Below the pieces are notes generated by a model, which worked only from the letters and a program-made list of their open reading frames with translations, ran no database searches and was not told the origin of the DNA. The translations under genes and the position numbers were made by a program. 57,667 nt of DNA from a virus (taxonomy: Duplodnaviria > Heunggongvirae > Uroviricota > Caudoviricetes), in the IMG/VR virus record IMGVR_UViG_3300025682_000004; one strand, written 5' to 3'. Numbering within the stretch: the stretch's first letter is position 1; each line of letters starts with the position of its first letter. Below are positions 1 through 9,643 of the stretch, piece by piece.

Positions 1-36
1 GTTTAATTGAATGTTTAAAACATTTAAAGAAAAATT

Positions 37-62
37 TGTAACATTTTTTAAATATTTACGTA
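37..62 (+). promoter_or_regulatory. ECF-sigma-type promoter TGTAAC-N16-CGTA
   Basis: TGTAAC 37-42, 16-nt spacer, CGTA 59-62; one of 11 copies with identical spacing. Confidence 0.75.
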
Positions 63-79
63 TATTTATATAGAAAGTA

Positions 80-272
80 ATCGTTCTTACTAAAGATAAA
101 AAAAGCCAACCGAAAATTCGTTCTAACCAATATATATAAAAGGTTAGAAAAAGTGATTACGGCAATGGTTATTCACGGACAGTTCACCTCTGTCCAATAG
201 GTGAGTGAATAAAACGACCCTTAATTAACGTATTTTATATTCTAATATAATTTACAAAATTAAGGGTTGTTT
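80..272 (+). ncRNA. candidate structured RNA with nested pseudoknot
   Basis: Non-coding, downstream of promoter 37-62. Stems ttctaacc/ggttagaa, ttattcac/gtgaataa and ggacag/ctgtcc, whose loop tcacct is complementary to aggtga; aacgaccctta/taagggttgtt. Confidence 0.45.
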
Positions 273-294
273 CTTTTTAAAAAATTTATTTTTT

Positions 295-320
295 TGTAAC
301 ATTTTTAAAAACATTTCGTA
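295..320 (+). promoter_or_regulatory. ECF-sigma-type promoter
   Basis: TGTAAC-N16-CGTA upstream of ORF 374. Confidence 0.75.
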
Positions 321-373
321 TAATTAAATAAACAAACAAAACATTATTAACTTAATTAAAGGGGGAATTAAAA

Positions 374-853
374 ATGGGCTACACACACTACATTGTAAAC
401 AAAAAAGTTTCTGATGAAAAATTTGAGGAATTTTCAAATGCCTGTAAGAAACTTTATGAAAATTTACCCGAAAAAACTAATAGTGCGGGTGGATATTTCG
501 CCAATGATAAAATTGAAATTGCAGGTTGGGATGGAAATGGTAAACCTGAATTTACTAAAGAATTTGTTTCTTTTAATGGTAAAGGTGAAGAATTATCACA
601 TGAAACGTTTTACTTAGAAAATAAAGAAGGTTTTAGTTTTTGTAAAACAGCAAGAAAACCATACGATTTACTTGTTGTTGCCTGTTACCTTGCTGCAATG
701 CAAATTTTAGGAAGTAAATTTTCTTCTGATGGTTTTCTTCGTGATGGAACTTGTGACTATTTAAACGAAGGCATTGACTTCTACAATGAAGTAATGAAAC
801 CAAAAATACCAATAACACAAAAAATACTCTGGGAACAATATTTAAAAGATTAA
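374..853 (+). CDS. conserved phage hypothetical protein
   Basis: 159 aa ORF behind a promoter; MGYTHY...FCKTARKPYD pattern resembles a common phage family. Confidence 0.7.
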   Translation: MGYTHYIVNKKVSDEKFEEFSNACKKLYENLPEKTNSAGGYFANDKIEIAGWDGNGKPEFTKEFVSFNGKGEELSHETFYLENKEGFSFCKTARKPYDLLVVACYLAAMQILGSKFSSDGFLRDGTCDYLNEGIDFYNEVMKPKIPITQKILWEQYLKD

Positions 854-937
854 AAATACTATTCACGGATTCTTGAAATCCAAATGAGGACGTTGTGAAC
901 CCTCACTCCTTTCAATTTTTATTGGTGTTTTGGTTTG

Positions 938-972
938 CCCCCTGTTGATTTGATTTAACAGGGGGATTTTAT
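938..972 (+). terminator. intrinsic terminator
   Basis: ccccctgtt/aacaggggg hairpin followed by T-rich tract. Confidence 0.7.
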
Positions 973-1036
973 TTAAATTAAAATATCTTTAAATAAAATA
1001 TATATTTTAATTAAATAATAAAATTCTTTATCATTT

Positions 1037-1062
1037 TGAAACATAATTAAATAATATTCGTA
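1037..1062 (+). promoter_or_regulatory. ECF-sigma-type promoter (TGAAAC variant)
   Basis: TGAAAC-N16-CGTA; no ORF before the next promoter at 1292. Confidence 0.65.
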
Positions 1063-1291
1063 TAATCAAATGAACTTAGGTTGGGTTCGTGTTCAAAAAA
1101 CACGCAGAGGGTATACTCCAATATACTTATTATCTTAAATTTAGATTTAATCTAAATAAAATTAATCATACCTATATATATAATATAAGAATATTCATCC
1201 TGATAAACAACTTTTTTTCTTTTTAATTAAAAACATTTCAATATTTGTTTTTTATATTGTCTTTAATTAAAACAAAAAAACATTATTTTTT

Positions 1292-1317
1292 TGTAACAAT
1301 TTTAAAACATTTGCGTA
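1292..1317 (+). promoter_or_regulatory. ECF-sigma-type promoter
   Basis: TGTAAC-N16-CGTA upstream of rIIA. Confidence 0.75.
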
Positions 1318-1366
1318 TTATGAAATAGAAAAGAAAAAATATGTTAAACTTTTAAATTTTAATACC

Positions 1367-3655
1367 ATGAAAATTGATGTAGGAGTTTTAAATGAAAAAG
1401 AAGTGGTTACAACTAATAATGATGGACAAATTAATATGCGTTTGTCTAAAGATGCCACTACCATTGTTTTTCAAATGTTTACAAAAAATATTTATTCTAA
1501 TCCCATTGGAACAATTGTAAGGGAAATTACAAGCAATTGTTTTGATTCACACATTGAAGCAAATGTTAATAAACCCGTTATTATTAGAAAAACATTTGAT
1601 AAAAAAGATAATACCTATTATATATCATTCATTGATTTTGGTGTGGGTATTTCACCCGAAAGAATGAAAGAAATTTATAGTGTTTACTTTGAAAGTACCA
1701 AACGTGATGACAATAATCAAATTGGTGGTTATGGTATTGGTGCAAAGTCAGTATTGGCATATAGAAGAATTACAGGTTATGGAACAAATGAATATGACAA
1801 TAGTTTTTATGTTATTACTACCTTTAATAAGATTAAGTATTATTATTGTATATATGAAGGTAAGGAAAGTCCCGTAATATCATTACTTCATTCTGAAAGT
1901 ACAACCGATGGCAATGGAACTGAAATTAAAATTCCTGTATTGGAAAAAGATATACCTACCTTTGAAAGAGAAATGGTAAAACAACTTTACTACTTTGAAA
2001 ATATTATTTTTGAGGGAATTGATAAAAATAATAATTATGATTTAAAACCAACTAATGATTATCAAATTGTTAAAGGAAAATCATTCTATTATAGGGGAAA
2101 TGACTATTCTAAATATATACACGTATGTTTAGGAAAAGTCGCTTATCCCATTGACTACAATGTACTTAACTTAAATCAAAGTGAATACTATTTACCCATT
2201 GCCATTAAGTTTAATGTTGGTGATATTAAAGTAACAGTAAGTCGTGAACAATTGGACTATGACGAAAATACAATTAGGTTAATTAAAAAGAAACTTATTG
2301 AAGTTAAAGAAGAATTGATTAGTCTATTGAATAAACAATTTAAAAATATTGTTACTTTAAAAGATTTTTTTGAATATACACAAAACTATAACATATTGAA
2401 ATTTGGTAATGGAAAATCTTTAAATTTACAAGGGTTGATAAAAAAAGAAGATATTGATTTGTCTAATTTTAGGTATAAAGAATTAAAACTTAATGCACTT
2501 ACCAAAGATACTTCATTATTCAATTTCTTTTTTAATATAAGAAGATTAGGTGATAAGCCTAAAAAGTATGAAAAAAAAGAATTTTATGGTGAGTATAATT
2601 CTTTAATTTCTGATAAGAATATATACTATGTTGAAAATGAATTTAAACGTAAGCAAATTAAATCTACTTACCTTAAATCATTACATAAAACATACTATTT
2701 AATTACAAAAAGAAATATTTTAAATAATCGTTTGGATATTTCAGACATTTTTAAAATTGCTTTAAATAGCACAACCGATGAAAATGGTAAACCTGTGAAA
2801 ATTGTTAAAACAATGTTAAAAATGCAAGAAGAATTTTTTAACATTGTTCGTGAAAATGCCATAAACTATGATAATTTGGAATTACCTGATAATTTTGTAA
2901 TTAAAAGAATATCAAAAAAGAAAAATGATTTTAGTGATATTACAATACCTGTTAAATTTATTCATCATTCAATTAATAGAATTAAAGTTGAAAAATTGGA
3001 AAAATTTAATGGTGTAATATTTTATAGTAATTTGGAAGAAGAATATAAACTAAACAATTCTTTAAAAATATTTGAATTACTATTTGATAATAATCACCTT
3101 ATTTGGGGCTATAGTAAATATAATGATAATTTTAAGTCATATAATCATAATATTACCAATAACGGCATAATGTTTATTAGGGTTGCTCAAAACAATATTA
3201 AGTATTTGGAATCCTGTAAAAATGCTTACCATATAAGTCAATTTACTAATAAAATGTTATATCGTAAAAGGGATTTAGTAATTAATTACTTACAATCGAA
3301 TGAAATTTTTTCAAAATATCAAAATTTAAGTCCACTTTATAAAAGATATGATTTTAACAGTATTAATGAAAAATATGGTAAAATCATTCTAAAAGTGAAT
3401 GAATATTTTAAAAAATTGAATAATATTAATACTGATATAGAATACCATAAAGATGAATTAATACGTCTTTTAAATATTGGTGATATTGAATTGAATGATG
3501 AACAAAAAGATATTATGAAAAAACTGGAACAACTATACCAATTGGAAGAAAATAATGAAAAAATATTAAGATATTTCAATACTTACAACATTAATTATAA
3601 TAAAGTATTGGATGATGTTTTAGTTGATATTCTGAAAAAAGTTATGGTTTTTTAA
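1367..3655 (+). CDS. rIIA: rIIA-like protein (N-terminal GHKL/HATPase domain)
   Basis: IYSNPIGTIVREITSNCFDSH, DFGVGIS, ESTK..IGGYGIGAKS motifs; adjacent to rIIB-like gene. Confidence 0.85.
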   Translation: MKIDVGVLNEKEVVTTNNDGQINMRLSKDATTIVFQMFTKNIYSNPIGTIVREITSNCFDSHIEANVNKPVIIRKTFDKKDNTYYISFIDFGVGISPERMKEIYSVYFESTKRDDNNQIGGYGIGAKSVLAYRRITGYGTNEYDNSFYVITTFNKIKYYYCIYEGKESPVISLLHSESTTDGNGTEIKIPVLEKDIPTFEREMVKQLYYFENIIFEGIDKNNNYDLKPTNDYQIVKGKSFYYRGNDYSKYIHVCLGKVAYPIDYNVLNLNQSEYYLPIAIKFNVGDIKVTVSREQLDYDENTIRLIKKKLIEVKEELISLLNKQFKNIVTLKDFFEYTQNYNILKFGNGKSLNLQGLIKKEDIDLSNFRYKELKLNALTKDTSLFNFFFNIRRLGDKPKKYEKKEFYGEYNSLISDKNIYYVENEFKRKQIKSTYLKSLHKTYYLITKRNILNNRLDISDIFKIALNSTTDENGKPVKIVKTMLKMQEEFFNIVRENAINYDNLELPDNFVIKRISKKKNDFSDITIPVKFIHHSINRIKVEKLEKFNGVIFYSNLEEEYKLNNSLKIFELLFDNNHLIWGYSKYNDNFKSYNHNITNNGIMFIRVAQNNIKYLESCKNAYHISQFTNKMLYRKRDLVINYLQSNEIFSKYQNLSPLYKRYDFNSINEKYGKIILKVNEYFKKLNNINTDIEYHKDELIRLLNIGDIELNDEQKDIMKKLEQLYQLEENNEKILRYFNTYNINYNKVLDDVLVDILKKVMVF

Positions 3656-3668
3656 ATAAAAAAGAAAA

Positions 3669-3710
3669 AAATAATTGGTATATTTATACAATGTACCAAT
3701 TATTTTTTTT
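3669..3710 (+). terminator. probable intrinsic terminator
   Basis: aaataattggta/taccaattattt inverted repeat plus T run after rIIA. Confidence 0.55.
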
Positions 3711-3715
3711 AATTT

Positions 3716-3741
3716 TGTAACAAAATTAAAACAATATCGTA
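3716..3741 (+). promoter_or_regulatory. ECF-sigma-type promoter
   Basis: TGTAAC-N16-CGTA upstream of rIIB. Confidence 0.75.
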
Positions 3742-3787
3742 TTATTAAATGTAGTTAAACTAATATTAACCTTTAAATTTCGGGCAA

Positions 3788-4960
3788 ATGAAAACAAACA
3801 TTCAAGCAGTAAAAATCGGAAATACGATTAATGTTTCGATTAATGGCAAATTGCACAAAAAGAATTGTAGTAATCTTAATGATGCTAATGATTTTTATCG
3901 TGTAATATTGGATGCAAAAGAAAATCCAAGTGAAGAAAATCTACGAAAAATTTATTTTTTCTTAAACGAAAAGATTAGAATTGCTTACCTTTGTGGATTG
4001 GAAACTGACCCTGATAATGGTGAAGTATTTTTAGCGGGATTCAATACTCCAATACCCAATGAATTGGTTGAAACCATTAAAGAATACCATGAAAATGGTT
4101 TTCCAATGGATGCTATTATTAATTTTTGGAAACTCCTTATGATTAATCCTGATAAAAGGGTTAGGAAAAGTCTTTTTAATTTCATTTCTACCCATGATTT
4201 TGTATTAACCAATAAGGGCTATATGGTTGTTTATAAAGCCGTATATGAAAAGAAAAAAGGTAATAAATTAAATGAGTTTGTTGCTGAAAAATACCTTATG
4301 GTAAGAAAAGATTGGAAATGTAATCCAAATAAGTATGTTGTATATCAAAACATGGATGGTGATTTTGCCATTACCAAAAGAAAAACTTTTGAAATGTGGG
4401 ATGAAAAGGAAAAAAGTGTTGTTGGTTTTGGTAAACTTGGTGATTTGTACGAAGATGTTGTATTATTTGGTGATTCGGAAGAAAATACCACTTATACGGA
4501 TATGTACACAAGGTCAATGAATATTGAATTGGGTAAACCTGTGAAAATGGAAAGAACTAATTGTGATTCTGACCCAGAAATTGATTGTTCTTATGGTTTG
4601 CATGTTGGTGCAACTTCTTATGTTCAATCCTTTGCCAATTCCCATTCAAAAGTATTGGTTTGCCTTGTTAATCCTGCACACGTTATTGCCGTTCCTAATT
4701 ATAACCATTCAAAAATGAGGGTAAGTGAGTATTTTCCATTTGCTGTTGCAAAATATGAAGATGGAATAATTGATATTATTGAAGATGGATATTATGAAGA
4801 TGATTATTCCACCTATGAAATTGAGGAATTGGAAAAAGCGGTTGATATGGCAATAAGAAGTGAAATACCATATAAAGCAGCAATCGAAGCGGAAGAAGAA
4901 AATCGTCCAATGGAAGAACTTATTAAAATGCTCGAAACAAGATTGGTTGATATTAGTTAA
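3788..4960 (+). CDS. rIIB: rIIB-like protein
   Basis: NFWKLLMINP, CDSDPEIDCSYGLHVG, VNPAHVIAVP, KMRVSEY motifs typical of rIIB; follows rIIA. Confidence 0.85.
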   Translation: MKTNIQAVKIGNTINVSINGKLHKKNCSNLNDANDFYRVILDAKENPSEENLRKIYFFLNEKIRIAYLCGLETDPDNGEVFLAGFNTPIPNELVETIKEYHENGFPMDAIINFWKLLMINPDKRVRKSLFNFISTHDFVLTNKGYMVVYKAVYEKKKGNKLNEFVAEKYLMVRKDWKCNPNKYVVYQNMDGDFAITKRKTFEMWDEKEKSVVGFGKLGDLYEDVVLFGDSEENTTYTDMYTRSMNIELGKPVKMERTNCDSDPEIDCSYGLHVGATSYVQSFANSHSKVLVCLVNPAHVIAVPNYNHSKMRVSEYFPFAVAKYEDGIIDIIEDGYYEDDYSTYEIEELEKAVDMAIRSEIPYKAAIEAEEENRPMEELIKMLETRLVDIS

Positions 4961-4976
4961 CCATAATGTTTCATCA

Positions 4977-5014
4977 CAATTCCCTTGTTAGATTACAAGG
5001 GAATTGTTTTTTTT
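4977..5014 (+). terminator. intrinsic terminator
   Basis: caattcccttgt/acaagggaattg hairpin plus T run. Confidence 0.8.
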
Positions 5015-5052
5015 ATAATTAAATTTATTTTTAATTAAAAACACATATAACA

Positions 5053-5367
5053 ATGTTCGAAAATAAAACAGCAGAAGAATTAAAAAATCAAATGTCTTAT
5101 CTTTTAACCAATGTAAAAAATTTAGATTTGTTTATTTCCAATAAACTTTACAATTTATCTTTAAAATACCCCGATGCCATTATTGATATAATGGAAATAG
5201 ACGATATTAAATTTAAAGCAAGCAATTTAATTCCACCCAATAAATCAAAAAAATTTATACTTGAACTTCCTTTTGAAACACGGATTAAATATTTAAAAAA
5301 TATTGAAAGTTGGATTGAATTGAATTCATCAATTAAACAATTGAAAATAAATTTTAATAATAATTAA
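5053..5367 (+). CDS. hypothetical protein
   Basis: 104 aa ORF in + strand run. Confidence 0.6.
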   Translation: MFENKTAEELKNQMSYLLTNVKNLDLFISNKLYNLSLKYPDAIIDIMEIDDIKFKASNLIPPNKSKKFILELPFETRIKYLKNIESWIELNSSIKQLKINFNNN

Positions 5368-5446
5368 ATAATAAAACCATGAAATTAAATAAAAGTATTA
5401 CCTATTATTATATTTTATTATACAACAATACTTTTAAATAAAATAA

Positions 5447-5797
5447 ATGAAAATAATATCTAAAACTAAATATAATGACATGTTTTTATCCATTGTGGAA
5501 GTTGTTGACCCAATGGCAATCATTCATTTTAATAGAAGATATAACCTTATTTTAATTAAAGATAATAAAAATATATTTCCAAAGGATAAGCATAAATATT
5601 TTACCTTCAATGAAAATTCTAAATTATATCCTATTAAATCATCTTTAACAATCAAAACTATTTATATCAACCAATTATTATATTATAAATTGAAAATTTG
5701 TGATAAAACATATGAAGAATGTTTATCCTTAATTAAAGAATTTATTAGAGGTAATCTAAAAATAACTAAATTTTATAAAAATTTTACCTATGTTTAA
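5447..5797 (+). CDS. hypothetical protein
   Basis: 116 aa ORF overlapping next start. Confidence 0.55.
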   Translation: MKIISKTKYNDMFLSIVEVVDPMAIIHFNRRYNLILIKDNKNIFPKDKHKYFTFNENSKLYPIKSSLTIKTIYINQLLYYKLKICDKTYEECLSLIKEFIRGNLKITKFYKNFTYV

Positions 5798-6236
5798 TAT
5801 AACAATAAATGAAGTAAAAGGAAATCCAATTAATATTGAAAATAATAATGAAAAAATTATAATTGCACATATTTGTAATGAAAATACTTGGGAAAATGAA
5901 TTTACTAAAACACTTTCAAAGAAATGGATTGAACCTGAAATTATTTTTAAAAAAGAAAAATTAACAATTGGAAAAGTACAAATTATTAATATTAATAATA
6001 ATATTACTATTGCTAATATGATTGTAGAAAATTCATCCAATAATATAGAAGTAGAATATGGTGCTTTTAGATTATGTCTAAATTATGTTAATGATAAAGC
6101 ATTTAGAACAAATTCAACAATACATATACCTTTATCTAAAAAATATACTACTACTAATATTAAAAATAATATTTTAAATATTATAAAAAACGTAATGTCT
6201 GTTAATATTACATTGTACAACCCTATTTTAACCTAA
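5790..6236 (+). CDS. macrodomain-like protein (Poa1p-like, divergent)
   Basis: ITINEVKGN..KIIIAHICN, IANMI, YGAFRLCL..V, STIHIP pattern; the usual GxG loops are degenerate. Confidence 0.55.
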   Translation: MFNITINEVKGNPINIENNNEKIIIAHICNENTWENEFTKTLSKKWIEPEIIFKKEKLTIGKVQIININNNITIANMIVENSSNNIEVEYGAFRLCLNYVNDKAFRTNSTIHIPLSKKYTTTNIKNNILNIIKNVMSVNITLYNPILT

Positions 6237-6256
6237 TTTTTTTAATTAATACCATC

Positions 6257-6673
6257 ATGAGTAAAAAAATACTAATGAATATTAATTTAAATCTGCCTAA
6301 CCACGAAACCGAATTAAAAAAAGCAGAAGACATATTATTAGAATATGAAAAAAAATTTAACCAACATGTAATACAATGTACAATCACAAATAATGAATTC
6401 ATTAATGAATATGAAAATATTATTATGATTTTAGATTATATCGGAAATCTATCAAAACCTGCCCTTAATGTTAGAAATGAACTCGAAGAACAATATTTTA
6501 AATCATATAGAAGAACTCCTGAACTAGCCAAAAAATTATGGATTGAACATTTTAAAACAATCAATAAACCCTATACAAAGTTAAAAGATAGATGTTTTGA
6601 TTTATTGGATGAATATGATATGTTCTATCAAAGAATATATAATAAAAAACCACCTAATTGGAGTTGTAAATAA
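6257..6673 (+). CDS. hypothetical protein
   Basis: 138 aa ORF. Confidence 0.65.
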   Translation: MSKKILMNINLNLPNHETELKKAEDILLEYEKKFNQHVIQCTITNNEFINEYENIIMILDYIGNLSKPALNVRNELEEQYFKSYRRTPELAKKLWIEHFKTINKPYTKLKDRCFDLLDEYDMFYQRIYNKKPPNWSCK

Positions 6674-7070
6674 TTTTAATTAATAACAATGTACAAACAT
6701 AATATAAGAATGTATGACTATTTATATTTAAACCAAAAAATGAATAATAAACAAAAATTATTTAAATTGATGCATAAGGTGGCTGGAATGCCATTGTTTG
6801 AAAATAATAAAAAAATTAAAATTCTTGTTTCTAATAATAAATTTCAATTAATAATTAATAATGTATTAGTAGGTGAAACTAAATTTAATATTGAAGAACC
6901 AGATGAATTTTTTAATGAAAATTATGTATCAATTTACGAATTAATAATTTTTGAAAAATTCAGAAATAAGGGTTAATCAACAGTTAACGAATAATTAAAC
7001 AAAATTACACAAAAATCTACTTATTTTAACTAAATTTTATTACTTTTACGAAAATTTAAAGTATTTATAT

Positions 7071-7286
7071 ATGAAAAAGATTAATAAAATTATGGAGAAC
7101 CTTAAAAAGAAGTCATTAAATGTGGTTCGTGTTGATAAAGACGAATTCGAACTCGACAATGGTGACGTGTATCCAATACCTTTTGAACTTGATATTGATG
7201 AAGATATTTCCGTTGAGGAATTTCAGAAGATTCTGGATTCATCCAAAGAAATAATGCTGAAGATTCTTGAACAGTCGAATGAGTAA
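7071..7286 (+). CDS. conserved small acidic protein inside IS607 (orfX)
   Basis: 71 aa; closely similar to 36630-36848; overlaps tnpA start. Confidence 0.8.
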   Translation: MKKINKIMENLKKKSLNVVRVDKDEFELDNGDVYPIPFELDIDEDISVEEFQKILDSSKEIMLKILEQSNE

Positions 7287-7908
7287 ACTTTTATCCATAC
7301 AGAAGGTATCGGAACTTCTTGGAGTAACTAAAAAAACTCTTCGTATTTGGGATAATGAAGGTAAATTACCTTCGGTTAGAACTGTTGGTGGGCATAGAAA
7401 ATATAATGAGGACGATATATTAAGATTCATGGGTGAACAGAAAATAGAATATATTAATGATTCGGTTGCAACCTATGCCAGAGTTAGTTCACATGAACAG
7501 AAACAAAAGGGTGATTTGGACAGACAGTCTCAAAGAATATCGGAGTACTGTGCAAAGAAAAAATATAAGGTTGAACATATAATTAAAGATGTTGGTTCTG
7601 GATTATCAGACACCAGAGTTGGATTCACAAAACTCGTGGATTTGGTAATTAAGAAAAAAATCATTAAAATTGTAATCGAAAACAAAGACCGTTTAACCAG
7701 ATTTCAATATAATTTGATTAAGGCCTTCTTTAATAGTTATGATGTAGAAATTGAATGCATTGAAAACAAAAACATTTCAGAGGAAGAAGAATTTGTTAAT
7801 GACATTATGATGCTCATGGCAAGTTTTAGTGGTAAATTATATGGTAAACGTAGCGTTAAACGTAAAAAAGAATTGAAAGAACAAAAAATAAAACAAGAAA
7901 ATGAATAA
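7279..7908 (+). CDS. tnpA: IS607 transposase TnpA (MerR-like HTH + serine recombinase)
   Basis: TLRIWD..G, RTVGGHRKY, YARVSS, DVGSGL, DRLTRF, SFSGKLYG. Confidence 0.95.
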   Translation: MSKLLSIQKVSELLGVTKKTLRIWDNEGKLPSVRTVGGHRKYNEDDILRFMGEQKIEYINDSVATYARVSSHEQKQKGDLDRQSQRISEYCAKKKYKVEHIIKDVGSGLSDTRVGFTKLVDLVIKKKIIKIVIENKDRLTRFQYNLIKAFFNSYDVEIECIENKNISEEEEFVNDIMMLMASFSGKLYGKRSVKRKKELKEQKIKQENE

Positions 7909-8065
7909 TAATTGGTTTGAATCTCGTGGTTTAAAGGTATTAAAGTATCAGTTGTTGTATGATTGGAGAATGAATGAAAGACCCGCATATAATGCTGCAA
8001 CAAGAAATGGTTGGTTAGAAAAATGTACAGAACATATGAAAAATAAATATCATAAAAATTTATAA
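7901..8065 (+). CDS. 54 aa cargo ORF resembling a repeat found in phage endonucleases
   Basis: Translated by hand: MNNNWFES...AYNAATRNGWLEKCTEHM; overlaps tnpA stop. Confidence 0.45.
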   Translation: MNNNWFESRGLKVLKYQLLYDWRMNERPAYNAATRNGWLEKCTEHMKNKYHKNL

Positions 8066-8067
8066 TA

Positions 8068-8220
8068 ATGGAAAATATTAATAATAAAAAACTTGAAAAA
8101 AGAACTGAAATCACAAAAGAGCCGAGAATAGGAAGCGGTCATCCAAACCTCGACCCTGCTTTAATTGACCCTAAGAAAAATGAACCTAAAGAACCCAATA
8201 AAAAGAACAACAATAAATAA
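8068..8220 (+). CDS. 50 aa cargo ORF
   Basis: MENINNKK...PKKNEPKEPNKKNNNK; TAATG-coupled to tnpB. Confidence 0.4.
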   Translation: MENINNKKLEKRTEITKEPRIGSGHPNLDPALIDPKKNEPKEPNKKNNNK

Positions 8221-9365
8221 TGAAATTAATCAGGTCAACCAAATGTAGTTTGAAATTCACAACATCTAAGAAGATGTTGGAATTAAACACCATCTTAACC
8301 GAATATGGTAAAGTGGTTAATTTTTTCATTCAACATTTTTGGCAAGACCTTGATAATATCCCTTCAAAATCACAATTATTAAAACCGTTGGTGGATTTAC
8401 CAGAAACATGGTTATCTGCACGACTACGAAAGGTTGCTGCAAGAGAAGCAATTGACATGGTGATGGCAACAAAACAAAGATGGAAAGATAAACCAAATAA
8501 AATGGTTGTACCAGTTCATAAAGGTCAGAAGATGTATGTTAGTTGCACTATTGCTGACTTAGTACCAACAAAAAACAATGGATATAAAACCGAAGACAGT
8601 AGGTTGTTCGATGCTTGGTTACATATAGCCTCAGTCGGTAATAAAATGATTATGGACTTACCAATAAAGTATCACAAACATTTCAACAAATATAATAATA
8701 TTGGTAAGAGGTTGAACTCATACATCATCACCAAAAACTATGTTCAGTTCAGTTTTGAGATTATAACTGAATCAAAGAAGGAAGGTTTGAAGTGTATCGG
8801 TGTTGATACTGGTATCAATGCTCTCGCTTCTCTTAACAACGGCAATCAGTATGGTAAAGACATTAAAGGTTGCATCGAAAGAGTTAAAAGGTGTAAACAG
8901 AAGTCCAAAGGTTATTATGTCGCTAAGAGAGCGTTGAAACAAAGAATTGATGAAATTGCAAAAGAAATTATAATAAAAGAGAATCCCGATTTGATAGTTG
9001 TTGAACGACTAAAGAATATGGGACATAAAACAAAGGTCAAACGTCTGTTGACCAAAAATATCAGGCGTTCTATCGGAACTTGGAATTGGAAGTACTGGTT
9101 GTTGAGGTTAGAAGCACAATGCGAGATTAACCGTGTTAGTTTTCGCAGCGTAGCACCTTATTATACCAGCACAACCTGTCCAGCATGTGGTCATTCCGAT
9201 AGGGGAAATCGAAATGGAGAAGTGTTCTTGTGTCTTAGTTGTGGTCACGAAGACAATGCAGATATAAATGCAGGTAAGAATATTTTGAATCGATTTCTCA
9301 CGGGACAATACGGTGCTCGTTACAAGAATTTGGATGATGTACAAGTTTGTGCAATTTCAAATTAA
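8220..9365 (+). CDS. tnpB: TnpB RNA-guided nuclease (IS607-associated)
   Basis: RuvC GVDTG / VVERL / NADIN intact; CPAC..CLSC zinc finger. Confidence 0.93.
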   Translation: MKLIRSTKCSLKFTTSKKMLELNTILTEYGKVVNFFIQHFWQDLDNIPSKSQLLKPLVDLPETWLSARLRKVAAREAIDMVMATKQRWKDKPNKMVVPVHKGQKMYVSCTIADLVPTKNNGYKTEDSRLFDAWLHIASVGNKMIMDLPIKYHKHFNKYNNIGKRLNSYIITKNYVQFSFEIITESKKEGLKCIGVDTGINALASLNNGNQYGKDIKGCIERVKRCKQKSKGYYVAKRALKQRIDEIAKEIIIKENPDLIVVERLKNMGHKTKVKRLLTKNIRRSIGTWNWKYWLLRLEAQCEINRVSFRSVAPYYTSTTCPACGHSDRGNRNGEVFLCLSCGHEDNADINAGKNILNRFLTGQYGARYKNLDDVQVCAISN

Positions 9366-9597
9366 CGGTTACGCTAAAATTTTATTAAATAAATTTTTTT
9401 GTTTTGTAAAAAATAAATTAAATTTAAATATTATAGTATTAATTGTTGATAAAAACAATCATAAAGCAATTAATTTATATAAAAAACTGGTTTTGAAGTT
9501 TTTATTGAATATGATGATTCATATTCATTGATAAAAAACCTTAAAAAAAATTAAACCACATTTTTCATATAATATATATTTTTTTATTTCTTCTTTT

Positions 9598-9623
9598 TGT
9601 AACAAAATAAATTATTCTTCGTA
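9598..9623 (+). promoter_or_regulatory. ECF-sigma-type promoter
   Basis: TGTAAC-N16-CGTA upstream of ATG 9644. Confidence 0.75.
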
Positions 9624-9643
9624 TAAATAAACAAATTAACATC

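Larger units (their letters stand above)
6971..9368 (+). mobile_element. IS607-family element, copy 1 (orfX-tnpA-cargo-tnpB)
   Basis: Serine-recombinase TnpA plus TnpB; left end GGttaatcaacagttaacga and right end TAACGG match copy 2; removal at GG restores the host frame. Confidence 0.9.
6740..9554 (+). pseudogene. GNAT acetyltransferase split by IS607 copy 1, also frameshifted
   Basis: Joining 6972 to 9369 gives LIIFEKFRNKG-YAKILL (motif A) and VDKNNHKAINLYKK; GFE continues only after a frameshift in the A run at 9481-9486. Confidence 0.75.

Noticed and set aside
6971-9368. IStron (group I intron fused to IS607)
   Set aside because: Only about 100 nt lie between the left end and orfX, no group I core is recognisable, and the host gene has a further frameshift
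9313-9531. Independent 72-aa gene
   Set aside because: Chimera of IS right-end sequence and the 3' half of the interrupted GNAT gene
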